The notes beneath the pieces were generated by a model that was given only the letters and a program-made list of their open reading frames with translations, was not told the DNA's origin and did not search any database. 47,931 nt of DNA, taken from Nemertoderma westbladi (lineage: Eukaryota; Animalia; Xenacoelomorpha). The stretch lies in the NCBI GenBank assembly GCA_032718475.1, contig JAUCBJ010004995.1, positions 1-47,931 of the forward strand, read 5' to 3'. Numbering within the stretch: the first letter of the stretch is position 1; each line of letters opens with the position of its first letter. This document shows, piece after piece, positions 9,817 through 20,225 of this stretch. The position numbers were made by a program, and so were the translations under genes.

Positions 9817-12800
9817 TAGGGGGAGATGTTAAAATCAAAATTTATTTGTTTGACCTTGGGTACAAGTTATAAATGTGTGAAATTTAATGCTGATTCCAGT
9901 GATATGTGATACTTTGTGTTGGGGGGTGCCTTTATATAGGCAGCCATCACTTTAAAAATGTTAAAATTGATTATCACTGGTATTAATAGAGATCCATTAT
10001 TTATTACATTATGACCAAACTCTAACTTTATTTCTGCTTTGTGAATCTATTTAAAGCATCTACAATAGATTGGTTCAATACATTACACTTGATTCTACCT
10101 TGACTACTATAACATACATCAATGTTCCTCTGTAAAATTTGTTCAGTTAAGGTTACATGGGTATCTTTCTCTTCGGGAAAGAGCCAAACAAAACCTTCTT
10201 TATCGTTACGAACAAAGTACGAAACACTCAAGGATAACTCAAACACTCCCTCAACAACTCCTAAATACCATTGAAGTCTATTTCCAGTATCTACCCAGAA
10301 GGCTGCTACATGCTCTCCAGTATTATATTTTATGTTTTCTGCGAGTTCAGGATCATCGTCTTTTGACGTTTCCTCCGAAATAGTTTCCGATGCCAATGAA
10401 GGCAGATCAGTTTCAACTAGTTGTATTAAGACTTTATTTAGATCAGCTATTGAAAGAGTTGTTTGACTTCTAGACTTGTTTAAATATGTTAAAATGTTTC
10501 GCTTATATTCTTCAGTCGTAAGATTTCGTCCATTCCTCTTTAGTCGAAATACAGCTGCAGTTGGCTTTAGTGAGACCGAAGTATTTCTTGCATATCGAAT
10601 TTCAATATATAAACGATGGTTTACCTCTTTGTCATTGCTCTCTAAGGATGACGATGAATTAACCAACTCTTCAATCTCTTCCTTTGATGTTATGGGACCA
10701 GGAAGCTTTTGAGCTTTTAAGAAATCCAGATCATTATAGTTCTTGGCTTCTTGAAGTAAGTTTATGGTTTCTTTTTCACTATATCCTTCTTTTTGATGTT
10801 CCTTCATCTTTTGATTCCATTCAAGTTTATATTCTTTAATTACCCTCGATGGTTTTACAAACTTTCTAAAGCTGGATGGAAGTTCTTTTATTAATAGGTC
10901 ACTTGATTTATTGAGAATCATCTTGCGAGATGCTGCCTCTAAGTTGCGTTTCCCTCTAATGTTGACCTCATAGCCAATGAATCCGACACTCCTTTCTTCA
11001 CCAAGGTTATGTACTGGTTGCTTGTCTAATAACACTAACTCTGGCTCAGACACTTGTGAAATATTAAGAAGATGATCTGTTGAAACCGTAGACTCAGGAC
11101 CAAATCCAAACAAGCTTCCTTTCTGAACTGCAAAACCATGAGCTAAAGAAGGAAGGGCATATCGTAGAAGCTTCGTAATTTCACCAGGGTATTCTGAAAT
11201 ACAACTGTTTAGGGAATCAATAAGACACACTTTGGGTAGGGAACTTCTAAACATATCAGCAGATACGAATTTTAATACTTGCACTTCAGTCTGAATGAAG
11301 TCAGTTATGGGCAACGAAGTCAGTTCCTTATAAAGTGTTGGAAAGGATTCCAATAGAATAGAATAGGTTGTCTGTTTATCCTGAATAAGAAATTGGAAGG
11401 GGCGAGTAATGTGTATTCCAACCAATGCTGTTGCTGCAAATACAGGCTTCAAAAGTTCCATATCACTAAATGTGCGATCTAAAATAGAAATAGCATTGAT
11501 AATATTTTGATACTTATCTAAATAGTTTTTAATATCGTCAAGATGATGAAGTAAACTCAAGCTGCAATCAAATAGTCTATTAAATCGACTGTCTTTCCAA
11601 GACAACGACTCATTTTTCTTTGGATGGATAAAGTCATCAAAATGTGTTTGACGGTTCCATGGTTTCGCGGAATAGTCTTTGTTTATGAAACATGACAAAC
11701 ACTTAATAGCTTTTACAAAGAAGGATTCATGTTTCAAATCGATATCAACTAGAAAGCAATCCATAATTTTTTCTCTTCCAATCTCATCATGGAGTTTCTG
11801 GTACATGTCAACCATTTTTCGTTGAAACATCATCAGAGGATGAATATTACAAGCCAATGATTTTGGGTAGTCATCCTCACTTATATCATAGCTCTCACAA
11901 ACACTCTGTACAACTCCCAAATTGTGTGAAGTACTGTCAGTCATAACAAACTTTATCTTCTGTAGAATTTCCCTCTCAGAATACCTAAATCCGCAAGCTG
12001 CTGATAGCATCCTCAGGGTCATTGTCTCCATTTCCACCAAAGATGATCGTTTCTCAGAAAATATAGCGAATGTTGGCAAGGCTCTAAGTTTACCATTAAT
12101 GGTAAAGGATTGAACAATGAAGTTTCCTAGGCCACTAATACTGGACCCATCATTTGAATATAAAATGGTTCCTTCATTGGCATCATCCATGACCTCTTCT
12201 ACTATGGCACTAAGTGCCATTGCCTCAATGTAAGGCTCAGTCCGTCTTAAGTTTGACCCTGCAGGTAATGTATTCACATCAGTTGGTTCTGAAGTATCAT
12301 GGGGCTTCCATTTACCAAAATGGCTCCGACCAAACAGTTCATTAGCTACAGCCACCACAGATCCTTCTGCCTGTCGTTGTGACATATGTAAATCTGATTT
12401 CAATTGATGAATCAAAGTGTAATATTCTGGTCTTATCGATCTTGGACCATTCCTAATATGTCTGTACCTTATAGGTAGGTCATCATTGGGATCATCTTGG
12501 GTTGCTAAGAATTCAAACTTATGTCTCTTCTTAGATGGCATATAAGTATCATCAGCAGTAGAATAGTCATCATCATCATCAGTAGTATATTCTGATGATA
12601 TTTCATTATCAGACACTCCCAAGTTCCTGTATATTTCCAACATCTTTGGCACAATGTTCTTCAGTAGCTTTAAGTAGTCTTTCCTTATCCTTTTGTTTCC
12701 TTTCTGTCATTAGCTTCCACTTCCTATCAGTAAACTCTCCACAATAACCAATCTGAGGAACCTTCTTCATATTATTGTAATCATCACTTGTCATTTTAAC

Positions 12801-14061
12801 TTTCCATATTAGTTCCTGTGATTTACGACGGGAAATATCAGTACAATAGATATCAAAAAGTTCATTCATTGAAAGTCTAAAACTGTGATATTTCTCCCAA
12901 TATGTTGGACTACGTTTAGAGACAGGCCACTTTCGAATCTGTGCCTGTTCTTCAAACAGCTCAATAAGTTTGCTGACAACCCATTTCTTAGAAAATGTAT
13001 ACACATTACAGTATATCCAGTGTAGCATTATAGCTAATGCTACTTTGTTAAATGAAATAATGTTAGGTTGTTTCTTAGGTTCCAAACTTTTAATGTGGAA
13101 AATAAAACTCAATACCTCTTTCTTTAGAGGCAGTCTACCATTTGGAAGAATAGACGACGGAAAACCAATACAATTGCTACAGCTTCTGTTTTCCAAACCC
13201 CACACATTTGTTTTACCGGTGCTGTGATGCTCCTGGCATTTTAAATGAACTGTTTCCGTTCATGTAACTCTAGGTGTCACACCTGATGTTTTTGAGGTCG
13301 AAGGTGATATGTGTTCTGAACATGTAGTTGTCAATCCAAAATCTAAGAGTTCTGCAGTCTCCTCATCATCCATAACAAAAATATTATATATGTTGTAAGC
13401 ACTCAGAAGGTACAGTAGGCCTACCACAAATAATACAAAAGGACCGGAACCAGGCCTATTCAAAATAAAATGGGCGCGTCAGATAACCAAATTATATTCT
13501 GTATTTATTACTGTATATATTATTATATATTCTGTATTGTTATATTCTGAAACTAAATTCCCTACTATATTCTGATTTTTTCAGTCTACTGTCGTATGTA
13601 AGCCAACTGGTCTGAATGTACTGTATGTACATTCAAAGTACAATCTATTACTTAGATACATGGACAGTCAGTATACTAGAAACAGTATAGGCCTATGATT
13701 TATTTATACAAGTTGAAGTATTTTAGAGTTTTCAAATAGGTCTAGCCCCTAGGCCTATTTGAAATCAAACTGACAGGTTTATTAACCACCCCTACCAGCC
13801 TACATCCCTACCCCTATGTTAGGCCCTACAGTACTGTACTCCCAAGACTCATGCATTTTCCCAATCGACACTCTATTTTATCGGCATATTTAATTAGGAT
13901 CAGATGATCGGAAGTCCTGTCAGGTACCATTTTTTAAAATCAAAGTTGCCGATAGTAAACAAGCACCCATTTCAAAAAGTAATACATATTCTGAATCAGC
14001 GAAAAATTTCACACAGAATGAGCTTGTACACAATAAAAACTTTTTCTAACATCCCCCCCTA
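9817..14061 (-). mobile_element. Full-length hAT-superfamily DNA transposon, hATw-type (7-bp TSD)
   Basis: 15-bp TIRs TAGGGGGAGATGTTA (9817) and TAACATCCCCCCCTA (14047-14061), 1 mismatch. Exact 7-bp TSD CTATTAT at 9810-9816 and 14062-14068. Subterminal GCTGATTC/GAATCAGC and TGTGTGAAATTT/AAATTTCACACA inverted motifs. Confidence 0.9.
10028..13373 (-). pseudogene. hAT-type DDE transposase (~1100 aa) with one in-frame TGA (13260) and one frameshift (~12610-12650)
   Basis: Motifs YSNDGS (D), VMTDSTSHN (D), CNIHP (CxxH) and HNLGEERSVG (E). N-terminal GRLP..VL..HWIYCNVYT..LFDI block and a C-terminal Tudor-like GEHVAAFW..WYLGVV. ORFs 13260-13463 and 12609-13205 share a frame. Confidence 0.85.
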
Positions 14062-14170
14062 CTATTATAGAGGGGGCTAGAGCTAGAATGGGTTAGCCAA
14101 TCAGGGAACAGGAGGGAGAAAAGACTGTATAATTAAACCAATCAGAGAGCAGCTTTGATGACGTCACATC
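14062..14170 (-). promoter_or_regulatory. Putative promoter of the 9691 ORF, displaced by the hAT insertion
   Basis: CCAATCAG at 14097 and 14138 and TGACGTCA (CRE) at 14159. The reconstructed empty site reads TATAATAG on the minus strand, ~120 bp upstream of the ATG at 9691. Confidence 0.4.
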
Positions 14171-14298
14171 AGGCGAGATAATGATTGCCCAATGTTATTC
14201 AATGGTAGCCAGAGTGGCGCTATTGAATAATGAAGACAAAGGGGCCGCGAGAGGAAAGATTATAAAGTTAACGATATAGGATCTATAAATCATAGAGC

Positions 14299-14809
14299 TA
14301 AATATAGACATTAAGTCATAATTACATCATTGGTAATATAAAAACTAATTAATCTAAGAATAGAAATCAATGTATAAAGTAAAAGTATTACAATTAATTA
14401 ATTTAAAATAAAGTACAAATGAATAATTAATTTAAACTTAAATACAAATAAATAAAGTAAAATTAAATACAAATAATTAATTAAAATTAATGAATAAAAG
14501 AGCTGCGGTGTCACTTTATGTCACCCTCTTGCGCCGTTTGTGTCAGGGTGCTAATCAGTCTGATTAATTAGGATAATCAATTAAACCCTAATTAGGAGTC
14601 ATAAGACACCTATTAGGGTTTAATTGTACTAATTAATTGATGCCACCTATCAATTAGGGTCTAATTAGCCTAATTGGGAGGTGTCACCCAGACAGTCTGG
14701 TGCCAATGACACCCAATGACACCCTATGGGTGATAATAGGGTGTCATATGACACCCAATGGGTGTCAGTGTGGTCTAACTGTCGCAAAGAGGACCAAGAC
14801 CCTACTACT
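14299..14809 (-). repeat. Right terminal inverted repeat
   Basis: Reverse complement of 6576-7153, ending CCTACTACT. Confidence 0.9.
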
Positions 14810-15799
14810 AATGGGTTCTCCATATTCGTCCGTATTAAATTGGGATGTCGGTTGATTGTTGTCGTTGGATTTACTGGATTCACCGCAAAATTTTGAAAAC
14901 TTTGTCCCAAAATCGGGTCCTCCCACCGCGAATTCCTCCGCTTCCACAATTTGACCGGGTTTGGGAGAATGGATGTAATTGGTCGATATGTTTTCTGAAT
15001 AAATATGGCTGGTTGATATGTTCTCACTAGACATTCTTTCATTTAAAGTCTTTATCGATGGGCCAGTGCAGAACCAACCGATTCTGGTTCTGCCAGCGTA
15101 TGTGGTTAAAGGCAGAGGTGAACTAGGGAGTTTTTGTAAAATTTCCCGGGCCTCTGGCGCGTTCTGGCCAATTAATAATTGAACTCCGGGTCGATCGAGT
15201 TCATATCGAGGGATGTTATTACGTTTCACAAAGTCATCATTGCCCCAGTTATTCGCAGGTGCTTGACTATTTGTAAAGTTCTTAATCGCAACCACCTTAA
15301 TGTTGTTCAATTTACATATTTCATTTATATCACCGGGGTCAGATAAAGAAATTTTGTAATAACGAGTTTGTATAAGTGATTGCCAGGTTTGCATTACGCC
15401 GGATAGATTTAATTTCATTGGATGTCCGTCTGCCGTGCTAAATAACTCCTCTGCAAGGTCTTGATCAATGAAGGATCCAGAACTTCCTGTCTCCATTAGG
15501 GCGTTTACGATGACGCTACGGTTGTTGCAGTGTACGGGCTGTCTGGATTTGGCTGAGTTGAGTTAAATCGCTTCGCCAAAACGACCAAACAGCCCATAGC
15601 AATACACTACATTTTTTTGACGATTTTGGTCATTTTGGCTGCCAAAACGACCAAGTTAATGCTTATTGGGATTGGGACTGTAGTCGAACTTGCAAAACGG
15701 GGAATTCTCTAACACCAAGCGATTTTGGGTCAGAGGTCTTTAATGATGTATGACGGTCTATAGGCTGTTCTGGGTTCTGGGGGTAATGGTGGCTCATAC
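14810..15799 (-). pseudogene. Inverted near-identical copy of BEL/Pao segment 2435-3418 (protease region)
   Basis: ORF 14765-15496 is nearly identical to ORF 2731-3201 and carries the same 124-bp insertion. There is an extra CCAGAAC duplication near 15770. Confidence 0.95.
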
Positions 15800-16213
15800 T
15801 GTTAGTTACTCAGTGGACTAAAAATCATTGATAATTATATAAAAAATATCCATAGAACATGTTCTGTCTGACACATCGAATATAATATTTTTAAAATATT
15901 GTATAACATAATAAATGTAAAATACCTGATAACTGAAAAATATTGCAAAACACAAGAATATTGCATAGTTGAATAGAAAGTATAAAATACACTCAATATA
16001 AACTAACGGGAAATATTACTATTATTTTATTCCTAAATTTCAATATTTATTTAACAAAGTGACAATTAATTGCAGAGGTTATAAAACATTACAACTCGCC
16101 AAAAATACAACCGTGTCCATCAATAATACACAACATTGATGAGTCATTTTCTACTTTCACTTTGATATACTGAAAACAATTAGGGAAACTCTTAGAATTT
16201 GGAATAAAACAAT

Positions 16214-16321
16214 TAGGGATGTGCCGGATTGACCATTTCCAAACCGGCCAGGCCGGAGCCAGATTTGTAAACAAAATCTGGCTGGAATTCCAGCCCTGCA
16301 GGATATCCAGCACACCTCTTA
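16214..16321. mobile_element. 108-bp hAT-type MITE
   Basis: Imperfect TIRs TAGGGATGTGCCGGAT ... ATCCAGCACACCTCTTA and an exact 8-bp TSD AAAACAAT at 16206-16213 and 16322-16329. Confidence 0.75.
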
Positions 16322-16472
16322 AAAACAATAGATACTTAATGCAAAGCAATATGTAAAATGTTACTTTGTTGAGAATAACAAGTTAATGTTTTACAGTTTT
16401 AGTTTGTTTTCCATTTAATGTTGATTAAGATATACTAAAACAGCTAAATATACAAAATGTGAGCCAAATTAA

Positions 16473-19400
16473 CTACGTTTGGGCTGATTCGCTGATAGCT
16501 TTGGGGTTAATAACCACCGATTTGGTGCAATCGTGAGTCTTGTAAATCCCTACCAAGTGATCTCCGAGCTCGAACATCTGGTTCCTCAGCGAGATGATGA
16601 CGAACTGGGCATCCCTGGTCCGCTCCTTGATGTAGTTGGCAACGATAGACACGTTCCTATAATCCAAAGCGGCGTCAATCTCATCCATAACGTACAGTGG
16701 TGTCGGCTTATAGTGGTGCAATGCGAATACCAAAGCCAAGGAGCTCAGCGTCTTCTCCCCTCCACTAAGGTTGCAGATATTCTTCCAGGACTTCTTGGGT
16801 GGCCGCACTGAGAACTGGATGCCCTCCGAGAAGGGATCCAAACTGTCCACCAACTCCAGCTCGGCATCCCCACCCAGGGTTATCATCTGGTACATCTCTT
16901 TGAGTTTATGCGTGATCGTGAGAAAACCCTTCATGAACTCCTCCAGACGCGTCTTCTTCATGGTATCGTGTTCGGTCCTCTTGGCGTCCCGTTCTACCGT
17001 AACCGCATCCAACTCGCCCACCCTATCAAGGTACAACCTTTCGTTCTTCTTGTACGCCGCGATGGCGCCGAGATTGGGTTGCCCTGCTTTGATCTTCTCT
17101 TCCAACTCAGCGATATCGGCGGACACCTTATCGAGGTCAGCCTCCTCAATCTCTTCCTCGACCAATACAGCGTAGGGCACAGTCTCCTCTCCATCTATGT
17201 CATTCAACTCCAACCTCGCCAACTCCCGTTTGCACTGGCTCACCTTCTGATGCAGAACTTTAACTACATCCTTCAGCTTCTCGTGATGATGTTTGGCTTC
17301 CAAGAAAACGTTTTTAATCTCCAACTCCTCAGCCTGCAGATTATTCAGTTCGGTTTTTAGATCCTTTAAACGAGTTTCTATTTCAACTAGTTCAGTTTTC
17401 TTGGATTCCCGATTCTGTACCATTTCCTCTGCCTCGCTTTCGTTCTTATTAATCTCTTCAGATATTTCAACTATCGACTTCTTACAGCCCTCAACATCGC
17501 CTTCGCATTTCTCCAATTGAGTTTTCAACCTCTTTAGATTTCGCTCGGCTGTTTTCTTACCCAGTTGGAGTTTAGCGATCTCCTTTTTCGCTTCTTCTAT
17601 ATTTTTAACCTGATTGGCAATGTGGGTTTTAATAGGTTTCAATTTATCATTGGTTACCTTTATAATCTTATCCTGAATTTCCTTCACCTTTTTCTCGACT
17701 TCCCTACTTCCAGCCAGTTTATCCTCATAGGACTTCCGTGACTTCCCGACTTGCTCCTCCATGTGTTTCACTTTATTCGCATCGGGTTTTGCCTTCCGCA
17801 GTTCCACCTCGAGCTCCCGCATCCGCCTTCCAGCGGCCCTCTCCATCTCAGGGGCCTCCTCGATGTCCAACCGCAGCCGTTCCACCACCACCTCGCACTC
17901 CTCGATGTCGCGCCGCAACCGCTCCACTTCTGGCTCCAGGCGCCGTGCCTCCTGGTACCAGTGGTTGGCAGCCTCCTGCTGGGTGGCGACCTCCTGGTCG
18001 AGGGCCTCCAACTGCTGCGGGGTCACCGTCTCCTCCGTGAGCCACGAGCCCATCCGCCCACGGGACACCCGCGTCCCACCCCCGGACATTGTCCCGCTCG
18101 TCTCGATGAGCTCCCCACGCAGCGTGACCACGCGCCAACGCTGCCGCCCATACGCCACTCGGTTGGCCTGCGACAGATCGTCAGCAACCAGGGTGTCCCG
18201 AACCGCGAAGTAGAACGCAGCCCGGTAGAGTTCGTCCTGAACGCGAATCAGATCGAAGAGTCTCGGGCAGCCATCCGGAGTCGGAACTGGTTGGTTCGCT
18301 CGATCTCTGTGCTCCTCCATCTTATCGAGTCCCACAAACGTCGCGACTCCAAGGTTGTTGGCCCTAATGAAGGCGACGCACTGCTGCGCAACCTCCATGG
18401 TGTCCACTATGATGTTATCTAACCCCCCGACAGCGGTGGAAACAGCCACATCGTACCGCTCGTCGATCGCCCCGAGATCCCCGAGACGACCGTGAATCCC
18501 GGTGATCCGCCCTGCGTCCCGTTCCGTAATCAACGCCCGGACAATCCCGCTCCGGTTCCTCGTCGACTCCGCCGCGCTCCTTGCTTCACTCGTCTTGGCG
18601 CGAGTCGACCGCAGCATATCCTGGAACTTCAACTCTTCGCGCTTCGCGAAATCCAAATCGGCTCTGGTTTTATCGAGGATTCGTTTCTTATTAGGGATGG
18701 ATTTATTGGCATTGGCGAACCGCGTCTGTTTGTCGCGCAGCCCATCCGTAGCTGCTGAGAACGCCGCCTTTGATTCCTCGAACTGTTTCGTCAGCCGCTG
18801 CTCTTCCGACTTCAACATATCAAAATCGAAGGCCGCCATATCGAGTTTAGCCTTCGCCTGCCGAACCCCTTCGCTTAGTTCCAAAACCTCCCGCTCCTTC
18901 CCTTCCTTCTTCTTCTGCAATTCCTTCGTTTCGCTACGGAGTTCTTCCATCGCCAAACTTTCCCGCTTCTCGAATTCCTTCTTATCGTCTATGAATGTCA
19001 CAATTTGACCCTTAAGCTGCTCCAACTCATTGTCAACGTCCGACGGATTATCCGCCACTTTATTAAACTCCTCTTCCTTCTTCGCTTTATCTCTCTCCAA
19101 CTTTGTCAACTGTTTTTTACTATGTTTCAAATCTTCCTGCAGCTTGGCGTCTTTCTCGTTGAGAGTCTGAAATAACTGCTCCACATTGTCGACGAGATCT
19201 TTTACCTTATCCCGCATCTGAGAAACCTTCTGATGCTCTTTATCTTTATACTTTATAACCTTGTTGATGTCTCCATCTTTCTTCTCGATATCGGCAATTT
19301 TCACTGTGGCCTCTTCGAGCTCATTACTCTTGCTGTCGTGCTCCTTGCCATTGGCGTGACCAATACATTGATAGAATTTGTGCTTCAACCTCGACAGACT

Positions 19401-20225
19401 GTTCTCATCCTTTAGATAACCTATGGCTTCATCTTTAGCAGGAGCCAGTGCATCCTTCTCCTTCTCAACTACCTTCACCCGGGCTAACTTCTCAGATCTG
19501 TGTTCATTAAGATCCTCAACTTCCTTGGCCAGTTCGTCTATACCATCCTTATATTGGCTGGTACCAATAATATCTTCCAGATATTCTAACATTCCATCTT
19601 CGTGTTCATTCAAACCCTTCGGCTTCATCATTGCGATCTGTTCGACTTCGCCTTGCAATATGAGGAAGCGATTGTGGTCCAAATCAATGCCTTCTCGTTT
19701 GAGAAGAGTTTGGACATCTTTAAATGTTGACTTTTTGCCGTTTATTAAATATTCAGATGAATTATTTTGATGGGCGACTCTTCTAATATAAAACTTGCTG
19801 TTTGGAACTGTAAGATACTCGTCCGGGCCCTCAGTGATGTCTTTAATCTTTTCGAAGTGTACTTCCACGCTGCAAGAAGTCAAATTGGTAAATTGTTCGC
19901 TCTTATGGATAAGTACGGACAGTTTTTTGCTGCGTATCTTCGAAGCTCTGTAACCAAAAACAAACAACATAGAGTCTATAACATTGCTTTTACCGGAACC
20001 ATTTGGGCCTATGATGCAAGAAAAGTTTTGGTGGAACGGACCCAGAGTTACTTTCCCCGCATACGACTTAAAGTTTTCATTAACAATATGAGTAATAATT
20101 AAACGTGGTATATTTTCTCCGACATCACCATCTCCAATACCCCCGCCATCGTGTGATTCAACATCTTCATCAGAATCCCCTTCAGCTTCAGTAGGCGTAT
20201 TGCTATTAACTTCTTGATCCTCCAT
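16473..20225 (-). CDS. SMC4: Structural maintenance of chromosomes protein 4 (condensin subunit), 1250 aa, single coding exon
   Basis: PRLIITHIVNENFKSYAG, Walker A GPNGSGKSN, IDSMLFVFGYRASKIRSKKLS, FLILQGEVEQIAMMKPK, hinge GIHGRLGDLGAID...SGTMSGGG, signature LSGGEKTLSSLAL, Walker B YVMDEIDAALD, and long coiled coils. Confidence 0.97.
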   Translation of the reverse strand: MEDQEVNSNTPTEAEGDSDEDVESHDGGGIGDGDVGENIPRLIITHIVNENFKSYAGKVTLGPFHQNFSCIIGPNGSGKSNVIDSMLFVFGYRASKIRSKKLSVLIHKSEQFTNLTSCSVEVHFEKIKDITEGPDEYLTVPNSKFYIRRVAHQNNSSEYLINGKKSTFKDVQTLLKREGIDLDHNRFLILQGEVEQIAMMKPKGLNEHEDGMLEYLEDIIGTSQYKDGIDELAKEVEDLNEHRSEKLARVKVVEKEKDALAPAKDEAIGYLKDENSLSRLKHKFYQCIGHANGKEHDSKSNELEEATVKIADIEKKDGDINKVIKYKDKEHQKVSQMRDKVKDLVDNVEQLFQTLNEKDAKLQEDLKHSKKQLTKLERDKAKKEEEFNKVADNPSDVDNELEQLKGQIVTFIDDKKEFEKRESLAMEELRSETKELQKKKEGKEREVLELSEGVRQAKAKLDMAAFDFDMLKSEEQRLTKQFEESKAAFSAATDGLRDKQTRFANANKSIPNKKRILDKTRADLDFAKREELKFQDMLRSTRAKTSEARSAAESTRNRSGIVRALITERDAGRITGIHGRLGDLGAIDERYDVAVSTAVGGLDNIIVDTMEVAQQCVAFIRANNLGVATFVGLDKMEEHRDRANQPVPTPDGCPRLFDLIRVQDELYRAAFYFAVRDTLVADDLSQANRVAYGRQRWRVVTLRGELIETSGTMSGGGTRVSRGRMGSWLTEETVTPQQLEALDQEVATQQEAANHWYQEARRLEPEVERLRRDIEECEVVVERLRLDIEEAPEMERAAGRRMRELEVELRKAKPDANKVKHMEEQVGKSRKSYEDKLAGSREVEKKVKEIQDKIIKVTNDKLKPIKTHIANQVKNIEEAKKEIAKLQLGKKTAERNLKRLKTQLEKCEGDVEGCKKSIVEISEEINKNESEAEEMVQNRESKKTELVEIETRLKDLKTELNNLQAEELEIKNVFLEAKHHHEKLKDVVKVLHQKVSQCKRELARLELNDIDGEETVPYAVLVEEEIEEADLDKVSADIAELEEKIKAGQPNLGAIAAYKKNERLYLDRVGELDAVTVERDAKRTEHDTMKKTRLEEFMKGFLTITHKLKEMYQMITLGGDAELELVDSLDPFSEGIQFSVRPPKKSWKNICNLSGGEKTLSSLALVFALHHYKPTPLYVMDEIDAALDYRNVSIVANYIKERTRDAQFVIISLRNQMFELGDHLVGIYKTHDCTKSVVINPKAISESAQT

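Larger units (their letters stand above)
6576..14809. mobile_element. Non-autonomous Polinton/Maverick-like element (~4 kb once the inserted hAT is removed)
   Basis: Long inverted repeats at 6576-~7153 and ~14299-14809, with termini AGTAGTAG...CTACTACT, which match the 5'-AG/(AGT)n termini of Polintons. Each TIR has a GC-richer outer part and an AT-rich inner part. No pPolB, integrase, ATPase or capsid ORF was seen. The flanks TCAAAG / AATGGG show no 6-bp TSD. Confidence 0.7.

Noticed and set aside
16533-20102. Many + strand and alternative-frame ORFs overlapping SMC4
   Set aside because: Shadow ORFs caused by the codon structure and local high GC of SMC4.
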